A stretch of 32,000 bases of DNA, from the NCBI GenBank assembly GCA_963675915.1, contig OY780959.1, forward strand, positions 1,620,001 to 1,652,000. The letters are read 5' to 3'. Under the pieces are notes generated by a model. The model was not told the DNA's origin. It made no database searches and worked only from the letters and a program-made list of their open reading frames with translations. The DNA is from Coprobacillaceae bacterium. GTDB lineage: Bacteria; Bacillota_I; Bacilli_A; Erysipelotrichales; Coprobacillaceae. Of the stretch, positions 18,782-25,476 are shown in pieces (within the stretch, counting starts at the first letter, position 1; the number at the start of each line of letters is the position of its first letter). Both the position numbers and the translations under genes were made by a program.

Positions 18782-18803
18782 AAAAAAAGCAACCGAGGTT
18801 GCT
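18782..18803 (-). terminator. Terminator of the histidine kinase gene
   Basis: Minus-strand hairpin GCAAC-CTCG-GTTGC followed by a T7 run, 5 nt after the stop. Confidence 0.7.
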
Positions 18804-18807
18804 TTTA

Positions 18808-20475
18808 TTAAAGATAACGCTTTAGAATATAGAGTAGTTGCTTGGTATCAATCGGTTTGACCAAATGATCATCCATCCCAGCTGAAATTGATTTGTCGAC
18901 ATCTTCGACAAAAGCACTTGGAGAAAGAGCGATAATTGGAACTTTCCCGCCTAGTTTTCTTTTCCGAATCAACTTAGTTGCCTCAATACCGTTCATAACC
19001 GGCATATCAACATCCATCAAAACGATATCATATTTTTTATTTTCCAGAGCATCAATAGCAAGTGAGCCATTGACGACCCAATTAACCGCCAGGCCGTATT
19101 TTGCCAGAATCGTCTTGATTGTCATTGCATTGATATTGTTGTCCTCTACCAGCAAAGCCGACTTATCATTGAAGAACAGTTCATCTCCGGTTTCGCTGAC
19201 ATGATTGTCAAGACCAACCTGATCTGCCCTTTTAACCGGAATCCTGATGACAAATGATGATCCTTCCCCTAGTTGGGAAGATACCTGGATTTCCCCTTCA
19301 AGCATCTTGACCAATGAATATGTGGTCGAAAGTCCGAGTCCTACTCCGGCTCCCAATTGATGTTTCATGGCCCCTTTGTTGGGGAATGGCTTGAAAATCC
19401 TTTCCATCTGGTCGGGACTCATTCCAGTTCCGTTATCAGTAACCTGATGGACCAACAATTCTTCGCCATCTCGGGTAGATTTCGAGATCCGCCAGTTGAT
19501 CATCCCATTTTCCTTGGTATAGCTATTGGCATTTTCCAAAATATTAAAGACAATCCTTTTCATAATTGTTTTATCAAAAGTATAGGTTTTAGGATTCATG
19601 TCCTGGATTGTTACTGTGAATTTCTGATTGCGTTCCTTGAACCTCGGCTCAAACAGAGCTTTCATCTCATCGACAAATTCAAAAATATCGACATTCTCAT
19701 CTTTAGGGGTGATGAAATCATTTTCTATCTTGGAAATATCAGTCACTTCATTGACGATTTCCAATAAATAATTACCAGCATCAGTCACCTGTTTGAAATA
19801 ATCTTTGACCACACTGTTGGCGCTGGTGTTTTTACCGACCTGCCCTAATCCGACAATTGTAGTTAAAGGGGTTTTTACTTCGGTGGCAATATCCCGCAAA
19901 AACTGCGATTTTGAATATTCGGAATCTTCCACTTCACCACTAAGCTGTTTGATCCGGTTTTCAAGGCTCAATATCTTGAGATCCTGATTGAACATTTCCC
20001 CGACATAATAGAACATTTCCAGTTGGCTGTCACTTAGAGTCAATGGCGCATCACCAAATACACAAAGCGAACCGTAGAAAGTTCCATCCGGCCACTTCAG
20101 GGGTACGCCCATATATGAGTCCATTTTAAAATCGGCATTGGAAGTATCACGCCAAACTTCATCTTCCTGCGCATTCTTGATTATCAGCATCTGATCATTC
20201 CCGATTACCGTTTCACATGTCAGCCCGTGCCCAAGATAATTGCGGCCTCCGACTTTATAGGGATTGCTGGGATTGTTCGATTTGAATGCAACCTCGGCCA
20301 CGGTTTCCTTCAACTGCATTATCAAAACAGCCTTTACTCCGAGGATATCGGCAATCAGATCAATATTAACCTGCCATTTATCCATGATCTTCTGGTCGAG
20401 TTTTATATCAATATTATCTGATATCTCGACCTGCACAAACTTCTTTTCTTTTTTCAAATATACTTTTGTCTTCAT
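18808..20475 (-). CDS. Soluble GAF-HisKA-HATPase-REC hybrid sensor kinase homologue lacking the H-box histidine
   Basis: 555 aa, no TM segment. N-terminal GAF-like region. DHp H-box is SKSQFLRDIATEVKTPL, with T where H is expected. N box NILENANSYT, G1 DNGTGM, G2 GAGVGLGL. Receiver has LLVEDNN, LMDVDMP, ALSPS and KP. Confidence 0.85.
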   Translation of the reverse strand: MKTKVYLKKEKKFVQVEISDNIDIKLDQKIMDKWQVNIDLIADILGVKAVLIMQLKETVAEVAFKSNNPSNPYKVGGRNYLGHGLTCETVIGNDQMLIIKNAQEDEVWRDTSNADFKMDSYMGVPLKWPDGTFYGSLCVFGDAPLTLSDSQLEMFYYVGEMFNQDLKILSLENRIKQLSGEVEDSEYSKSQFLRDIATEVKTPLTTIVGLGQVGKNTSANSVVKDYFKQVTDAGNYLLEIVNEVTDISKIENDFITPKDENVDIFEFVDEMKALFEPRFKERNQKFTVTIQDMNPKTYTFDKTIMKRIVFNILENANSYTKENGMINWRISKSTRDGEELLVHQVTDNGTGMSPDQMERIFKPFPNKGAMKHQLGAGVGLGLSTTYSLVKMLEGEIQVSSQLGEGSSFVIRIPVKRADQVGLDNHVSETGDELFFNDKSALLVEDNNINAMTIKTILAKYGLAVNWVVNGSLAIDALENKKYDIVLMDVDMPVMNGIEATKLIRKRKLGGKVPIIALSPSAFVEDVDKSISAGMDDHLVKPIDTKQLLYILKRYL

Positions 20476-20710
20476 ATTAATCCTGTTCCTCGATCAAATA
20501 CATCTTTAAACCCGTTAATAACCAATTGATAAATTAACACTGTCATGACTAATAATAACATTGCTATGGGGATTTTTTCAACCAATTAGACTCCGCTTTA
20601 TGTTTCTTTAGAAATTCTTAAGTATTCCCTGGTCGAAAAAAGGCTCTTACAATCATCAAAACTGAATCACGACAGTAGTCCACGTCTAGTCACTTGGAAT
20701 CCCAACTGGA

Positions 20711-20749
20711 ATTTTTGGAAAAAAGGTTAATTGAAAACTGAAGTTCCAC
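20711..20749. repeat. IS terminal inverted repeat (transposase 3' side)
   Basis: atttttggaaaaaaggttaattgaaaactgaagttccac. Its reverse complement matches 22400-22438 at 30 of 39 positions (19 of the inner 23). Confidence 0.55.
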
Positions 20750-20976
20750 TTTGTTTGATTAACTTCCACTCTTAGTATTTGTTTGAAAATTGATATCCGA
20801 ATATTTCGAATTATATCTATTATTTTTACCAATATATAGATATAATTGAATTAGTAAATAAGAATTGAATGATTTTTGGGCGCACTAAAAATCAGTGTGA
20901 TTTTTCGAATTTTTTTTGAATTGCGAAATTCCACCCTTGTGTTATCAAGTTTGTTTGATTTCCCTGGATAGATTCT

Positions 20977-22278
20977 TTATTTATTTGATATCAATAATCG
21001 TGATAAAGTGATATCATCCGGTCTTATGTATGAAACATCTAATTTTGTAGCTGCTTCAATCGAGTATAGTGTCGTGAATAATAAATATGGTGGTTTATCA
21101 TTCAAAGACTTTCGTGCATAAGAATTAATGTGAGACATCATTAAGTTGATGTCTTTTTGCTTGTATTCATCCCAGGATTTGCCCTTGGGGACGAAATATC
21201 TAATGAACCTATGATTGTTCTCACATTCACCTTTTTCTTCAGGCGCTGATGGATGACAGTAGAAAATGTAGGTTCTTCTTTCACCTTTGTCATTGAATTC
21301 AATAGCGGCAGGATTTGAAAATTCCGACCCATTGTCTGTCAAAATTATCGGAAACAATTTTTTGAACTGATCATGACCCAGCACCTCATAGATATGATTG
21401 AAATAGTTTGTAACTGAGGCCGAATCGTTAAAATCGCGTTTTATGGCGATCATGAAAGAAGAATTGTTGAAGTGGAGGGTAAGCAAGCAGGCGCCACCCT
21501 TGGTTCCTTCGACACTGTCCATTTCAACTACGGCGACACTAGGGTGCTGTTCAATGAAACTCTGATAATCTTCATAGGTCCTACCTTCAAGGCATTTTTT
21601 GTCAACCTTGTATTGCTTGGATTTCTTCCTTCTAGGTGCAAACTTGACTTTTCGAGTAAGATCAATGTTACGGATATTTAAAATACAGGCATCAACCAAA
21701 TTGTACAGAGTTTTTTCGCTAACCATCAGTTCATCTTTATGATTAATGAAAACGTGATGGATGGACTGATGCTTGTTTTTTACAAGATCACCGAGAATCG
21801 AGTTCAATCGTTCAATTTGAGCTTCATCAATAATAAATCCGGATCTTGATTCACTTAATCTAAGATCATGCTTTTTCTGAGCTGATTCGCTAAAATAGTA
21901 ATGCTTTGACAATGGGCATTTGTGTTTGCTATCGCAGCTATTGCAGACATACGGTGCTTTCAACAACGTCGGGCAGGATTCTCTTTGGTATTTTGAACAT
22001 TGAGTGACACATAACCCACAGAATTTGCACTTAATTTTTCTTCGTCGATTGCAAGTTTGACAAGCGAAGTTTTCGGAACAATCATATCGATTAATGCAGT
22101 CGTTGAAACCATAGCCAAACCTGCCAGTATTTTTAATTGTGAAATTACGCCTTACCTCTTTAGATATGGTAGTGCAGTCCTTGCCAAGTTGAATACCAAT
22201 GGCTTTAAAAGAACAACCGCTATTAAGAGAATTCTCAATGATCTTGCGATCATCTAGAAGTAAATGTTTGTTTCTCAT
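20977..22278 (-). CDS. IS30-family DDE transposase with a Cys-rich insertion
   Basis: N-terminal HTH (HLLLDDRKIIENSLNSGCSFKAIGIQLGKDCTTISKEVRRN). Catalytic blocks are VEMDSVEG, ILTDNGSEF and HPSAPEEKGECENNHRFIRYFVPKG. ATG at 22276-22278 with GGGAG 8 nt upstream is preferred over the 22356 start. Confidence 0.85.
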   Translation of the reverse strand: MRNKHLLLDDRKIIENSLNSGCSFKAIGIQLGKDCTTISKEVRRNFTIKNTGRFGYGFNDCINRYDCSENFACQTCNRRRKIKCKFCGLCVTQCSKYQRESCPTLLKAPYVCNSCDSKHKCPLSKHYYFSESAQKKHDLRLSESRSGFIIDEAQIERLNSILGDLVKNKHQSIHHVFINHKDELMVSEKTLYNLVDACILNIRNIDLTRKVKFAPRRKKSKQYKVDKKCLEGRTYEDYQSFIEQHPSVAVVEMDSVEGTKGGACLLTLHFNNSSFMIAIKRDFNDSASVTNYFNHIYEVLGHDQFKKLFPIILTDNGSEFSNPAAIEFNDKGERRTYIFYCHPSAPEEKGECENNHRFIRYFVPKGKSWDEYKQKDINLMMSHINSYARKSLNDKPPYLLFTTLYSIEAATKLDVSYIRPDDITLSRLLISNK

Positions 22279-22399
22279 CAGAAACACTCCCTTCAATGGT
22301 TCAGGGAAATCTATACTTAAATTATACAGCTTCATATTTGTAAGGTTAAGTTCCATGTGAGTTTTGTATAAATTAATTCCACCCCTAAAATATACTGGG

Positions 22400-22438
22400 G
22401 TGGAATTTCAAATTACAATTAAATTTTTTGGAAAAAAT
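22400..22438. repeat. IS terminal inverted repeat (transposase 5' side)
   Basis: gtggaatttcaaattacaattaaattttttggaaaaaat. The inner part also pairs with 22375-22385, forming an 11-bp hairpin aattccacccc/ggggtggaatt. Confidence 0.55.
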
Positions 22439-22450
22439 AATATTTTCTTC

Positions 22451-22479
22451 TTTACAAGGAGGAACTATTCTTGTATACT
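22451..22479 (+). promoter_or_regulatory. Sigma-A-type promoter of the tRNA-His pair
   Basis: TTTACA (22451-22456), 17-nt spacer, TATACT (22474-22479), about 20 nt before the first tRNA. Confidence 0.6.
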
Positions 22480-22499
22480 AGTCTTTGCAGTTAAGAGAT

Positions 22500-22576
22500 G
22501 GCGATCGTGGTGAAGTGGTTAACACACCAGATTGTGGCTCTGGCATTCGTGGGTTCGATTCCCATCGGTCGCCCCA
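22500..22576 (+). tRNA. tRNA-His (anticodon GUG), copy 1
   Basis: GGCGATCGTGGTGAAGTGGTTAACACACCAGATTGTGGCTCTGGCATTCGTGGGTTCGATTCCCATCGGTCGCCCCA. Anticodon loop TTGTGGC, encoded G-1 opposite discriminator C, encoded CCA. Confidence 0.93.
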
Positions 22577-22617
22577 TTTTTTTAATTGTGAAACTTAATA
22601 TTTATCTTATTAAAGAT

Positions 22618-22694
22618 GGCGATCGTGGTGAAGTGGTTAACACACCAGATTGTGGCTCTGGCATTCGTGGGTTCGATTCCCATCGGTCGCCCCA
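22618..22694 (+). tRNA. tRNA-His (anticodon GUG), copy 2 (identical)
   Basis: 77 nt identical to 22500-22576, separated by a 41-nt AT-rich spacer. Confidence 0.93.
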
Positions 22695-22702
22695 TTTGTA
22701 AT

Positions 22703-22724
22703 AAACGCATCAGCGTTTTTTTTT
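22703..22724 (+). terminator. Terminator of the tRNA-His operon
   Basis: AAACGC-ATCA-GCGTTT followed by a T run. Confidence 0.75.
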
Positions 22725-22732
22725 GCCCAAAT

Positions 22733-22766
22733 AAAAAATTGCGTCGAATAAACTCGACGCTTTTTT
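22733..22766. terminator. Bidirectional terminator (MIF-like gene and tRNA backup)
   Basis: GCGTCGA-ATAAAC-TCGACGC flanked by A6 upstream and T6 downstream. Confidence 0.7.
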
Positions 22767-22775
22767 CATATCATT

Positions 22776-23132
22776 TTAATCCAAATCAATTTCCTTGTAG
22801 TTCCCATTTGTTCCCCAATTATTGGTTTCGGATATGTTCAGATACATGTTTTTCAAAGGCACTTTGGATACTTTCTCAAGCATCTTGAACACTTCAGTAG
22901 TGAATTCATCCTTTGCTTCCATCGGTGCTTTTCCAAACATTTTCACATCACACATTAAGAAATCTCCCTGTGCTCCCTGGTAGTACATAAGTTGATTGTC
23001 TTCCAGACGTACCATCAGTCTTTCCTCGGCTTTGCCAGGAATGATTGTGATCAAATCCCCAAGTCTTTCAACTATTTTATTTTCCTGTGACATTGTCAGA
23101 GTCACTGATGTTTTTATAGAAATATATGGCAT
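22776..23132 (-). CDS. MIF / tautomerase-superfamily protein (Pro-1)
   Basis: 118 aa. Begins MPYISIKTSV, so Pro1 follows Met removal. Length and the C-terminal block MYLNISETNNWGTNGNY parallel eukaryotic MIF ([20 protein letters not shown]). RBS GGAGGTGA. Confidence 0.6.
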   Translation of the reverse strand: MPYISIKTSVTLTMSQENKIVERLGDLITIIPGKAEERLMVRLEDNQLMYYQGAQGDFLMCDVKMFGKAPMEAKDEFTTEVFKMLEKVSKVPLKNMYLNISETNNWGTNGNYKEIDLD

Positions 23133-23480
23133 ACGCTCACCTCCGCTAAGATAAGTTTACCACTTTTGCAGGCAAAATAAAAGATTATTTGACCACTTGG
23201 AATCCGCGAGCACTCAAACCTGTCAAACCGGGATTACCAGCCATGTAATTGCCAGACAGGTTGCCAACTAACCAGCCAGTGATACTTTTTATTTAGTAAA
23301 TTAATTCACAATAAGTTATAAAAACTTGTAAAAAGTAAAACTAGAGGCATAATTCCCAAATTTTTTTCGATGCGGCATATAGTTTTGGTTACATTTATGG
23401 CTTTATTGTTGATTTTTAATTTTCATAAAATAAAAATAGTTTGATTTTTTAATTATTTTGTTTGTTTTTTTTCCTAGGTG

Positions 23481-23489
23481 TGATAGAAT
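23481..23489 (+). promoter_or_regulatory. Extended -10 element of the cold-shock gene promoter
   Basis: TGATAGAAT (TGnTAnAAT) following a long A/T-rich UP-like tract. It implies a ~115-nt 5' UTR. Confidence 0.45.
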
Positions 23490-23503
23490 TATTATGCAAA
23501 TTA

Positions 23504-23570
23504 GTTAATTACTTTAATTACAAGTATTGAAGTAAACTTTTTGTAAATACTTGTTGATTAAAGTAATTAC
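23504..23570 (+). promoter_or_regulatory. Long A-U-rich hairpin in the csp 5' UTR
   Basis: Arms 23504-23528 and 23545-23570 pair over about 22 bp (13 bp perfect taattactttaat, small internal loop, then caagtatt). 16-nt loop. Confidence 0.5.
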
Positions 23571-23611
23571 ATAAAGTAACTCCTTTTGCAGAATTTTTAG
23601 GAGGTACCGAC

Positions 23612-23821
23612 ATGAGTACAGGAAAAGTAAAATGGTTTGATCAAGAAAAAGGGTATGGTTTCATCACTGATGCAGATACAAGAAAAGACATCTTTGTTCA
23701 TTTCTCTGCAATCGAAGCAGATGGTTTCAAAACTTTAGAAGAAGGACAAAATGTTAACTTCGAAGTTGTTGAATCTGATCGTGGACCACAAGCTCAAAAA
23801 GTTACTGTAGTAGCTGAATAA
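23612..23821 (+). CDS. csp: Cold-shock protein (CspA family)
   Basis: 69 aa. RNP1 KGYGFI and RNP2 IFVHFS motifs. RBS AGGAGG. Confidence 0.95.
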   Translation: MSTGKVKWFDQEKGYGFITDADTRKDIFVHFSAIEADGFKTLEEGQNVNFEVVESDRGPQAQKVTVVAE

Positions 23822-23832
23822 TAAACCTTTTA

Positions 23833-23857
23833 AAGAGACCTCAGGGTCTCTTTTTTC
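23833..23857 (+). terminator. csp terminator
   Basis: AGAGACC-TCAG-GGTCTCT followed by TTTTT. Confidence 0.8.
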
Positions 23858-23872
23858 TTTGGGCCGGATTTC

Positions 23873-23900
23873 TTGTAAATTGGATTTTGTTTGATATAAT
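23873..23900 (+). promoter_or_regulatory. Promoter of the Cys-rich small membrane protein gene
   Basis: TTGTAA, 16-nt spacer, TGA-extended TATAAT (23895-23900). Confidence 0.5.
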
Positions 23901-23933
23901 GTAAATATAATCAGCATTTGACAGGAGGTAACT

Positions 23934-24119
23934 ATGGCCGATCTAATTATTTTGCTCATTCTTGGAGTTATTGTGATTTTGGTTATCTATCGCTCAATCA
24001 AGAACATCCGCAGCGGCAAGACGGGCTGTTCTTCCTGCTCGCAAAATAGCTGTGGCGAATGCGACGAGTACGAAGATATCCAATCATGGTATAAAAAAAC
24101 TAACGATCAAGACCGTTAG
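23934..24119 (+). CDS. FeoB-associated Cys-rich membrane protein family
   Basis: 61 aa. One N-terminal TM helix (LIILLILGVIVILVIY), then KTGCSSCSQNSCGEC. RBS AGGAGG. Confidence 0.7.
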   Translation: MADLIILLILGVIVILVIYRSIKNIRSGKTGCSSCSQNSCGECDEYEDIQSWYKKTNDQDR

Positions 24120-24874
24120 CTTAAATATCCTAATATTTTCAACGCCTGGTAAATACCATCGTTGTCATTGGAGTCAGTGATCAGATCACTGGCTTTTTTG
24201 GCACTCTCATTGCCATTGGCCATGGCCACACCGACATCGCAGTGAAGCAGCATTTCAACATCATTGCCCGAATCACCAAATCCGATGGTTGTTTCCCCAT
24301 GAAGATTGAAATGATCAATCATTTTGGTGATGCCTTGGTATTTGAAATTCTGATCAGTCACCACCCCTTTGGTATTGGGCATGTAGAGATAATTGAAATT
24401 TTGGAATGAATCCATCGATGCCGCAGTTCTTTCATCAATGAAAACGAAAATCTTCTTGACGTCATCAAATACGGTTTCCTTTTCGATATATTCGAACTGC
24501 AACCAAGGATGATCAGCCAGGATATTTTCGTTATAGGTGTCGTCGAATATTCTGGCCACGGTATCATTCGCCAGGATAATCGGGTACTCCTTGATTGTGC
24601 ACTCACGGTGGAGTCCGATTACAAATTCCGGATCCAGAGCATCGTAAATGACCAGCTGATCCTTGTGATAAACTGTTATCCCGCCGTCAACAATCGCATA
24701 TTCGATATTGCAGCTTTCCATGATTTCCTTGGTACCAAGATAACTTCTCCCGGTATCAATTGCCACAACATGACCTTGTTGCTCAAGTTTGCGAATTGCT
24801 TCAATTGTCGATGGCAGAACCCGCTTGTTGGAATCAAGCAATGTCCCATCCAAATCAAAGAAAAAGCACGCCAT
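24116..24874 (-). CDS. Cof-type HAD-IIB phosphatase
   Basis: 252 aa. Motif I FFFDLDGTLL and motif IV GDSGNDVEML. Confidence 0.88.
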   Translation of the reverse strand: MACFFFDLDGTLLDSNKRVLPSTIEAIRKLEQQGHVVAIDTGRSYLGTKEIMESCNIEYAIVDGGITVYHKDQLVIYDALDPEFVIGLHRECTIKEYPIILANDTVARIFDDTYNENILADHPWLQFEYIEKETVFDDVKKIFVFIDERTAASMDSFQNFNYLYMPNTKGVVTDQNFKYQGITKMIDHFNLHGETTIGFGDSGNDVEMLLHCDVGVAMANGNESAKKASDLITDSNDNDGIYQALKILGYLS

Positions 24875-25476
24875 TATAACACTCCTATTTTTTTGAGTTT
24901 GTTTTCAAGATTAGCCACATCACCATCATGAACAATACCGGCCATTTTGATATTCAAGGCACCTTGAACGTTAGCTTCGACATCATCGATAAACAGACAT
25001 TCCTCACCTTGCAAATCAAATGTTTTCAAAAAGTCCTGATAGATGAAATAGCTAGGCTTGAGTAATCGGTGGAACCCAGAGACATAGATACCGTCGAACT
25101 CTTTGAGAATCGCGATATTGTTCTGGTAAAGTTCGAATTGAATCGAAGCATTTGAAAGCAGATATATCGCATAACCCTTGGCTTTGAGACGATGAATCAG
25201 TTTTTCAACCGGATACTCAGGCAAATGAAGATACCAACTGTCAATTATCTGACCGACCAGTTCACGCTGATGGGCATAGACATTAGCCTCAACGTTTTTT
25301 TGCAATTGTTCCTGGGTGATTGCTCCAGCGTCGAACATTTCCCAGAAAGGCGAATCGAACAACTCTTTTTTCAATTTGGCCACTTCGATGTCATCATCAG
25401 TATAATTCCTGATGATCTGTTCGGGGTTGTAATCGACAATCACGCCCCCGAAATCAAAAACAATGTTCTTAATCAT
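24874..25476 (-). CDS. HAD-IA family hydrolase (YihX-like motif I)
   Basis: 200 aa. Motif I VFDFGGVIVDY, LSNAS, FIDDVEANV. Confidence 0.8.
   Translation of the reverse strand: MIKNIVFDFGGVIVDYNPEQIIRNYTDDDIEVAKLKKELFDSPFWEMFDAGAITQEQLQKNVEANVYAHQRELVGQIIDSWYLHLPEYPVEKLIHRLKAKGYAIYLLSNASIQFELYQNNIAILKEFDGIYVSGFHRLLKPSYFIYQDFLKTFDLQGEECLFIDDVEANVQGALNIKMAGIVHDGDVANLENKLKKIGVL

Larger units (their letters stand above)
20711..22438 (-). mobile_element. IS30-family-like insertion sequence (~1.7 kb)
   Basis: Intact DDE transposase flanked by imperfect inverted repeats (30/39 identical): 20711-20749 versus 22400-22438. Exact termini are uncertain because the outer 14 nt (ATTTTTGGAAAAAA) is itself palindromic and could be read as a flanking direct repeat instead. 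Confidence 0.6.

Noticed and set aside
20691-20702. 12-mer cacttggaatcc shared with 23194-23205, considered as IS-related or att-like repeats
   Set aside because: Dozens of 12-nt matches are expected by chance in 32 kb, and the flanking sequence shows no further similarity.
20977-22356. The long 459-aa form of the transposase starting at 22356
   Set aside because: The upstream 26 codons lack an RBS and overlap the TTCCAC repeat and hairpin region. The ATG at 22276-22278 has a good GGGAG SD and begins exactly at the IS30-type HTH.
22496-22698. Possible CRISPR-like or minisatellite repeat (118-bp period)
   Set aside because: There are only two units and each is a complete tRNA cloverleaf. No further repeats and no cas genes are present.
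22498-22888. ORFs 22498-22701 and 22616-22888 beginning MAIVVKWLTHQIVALAFVGSIPIGRP
   Set aside because: Both are read-throughs of the two tRNA-His genes. The repeated peptide simply reflects the duplicated tRNA sequence.
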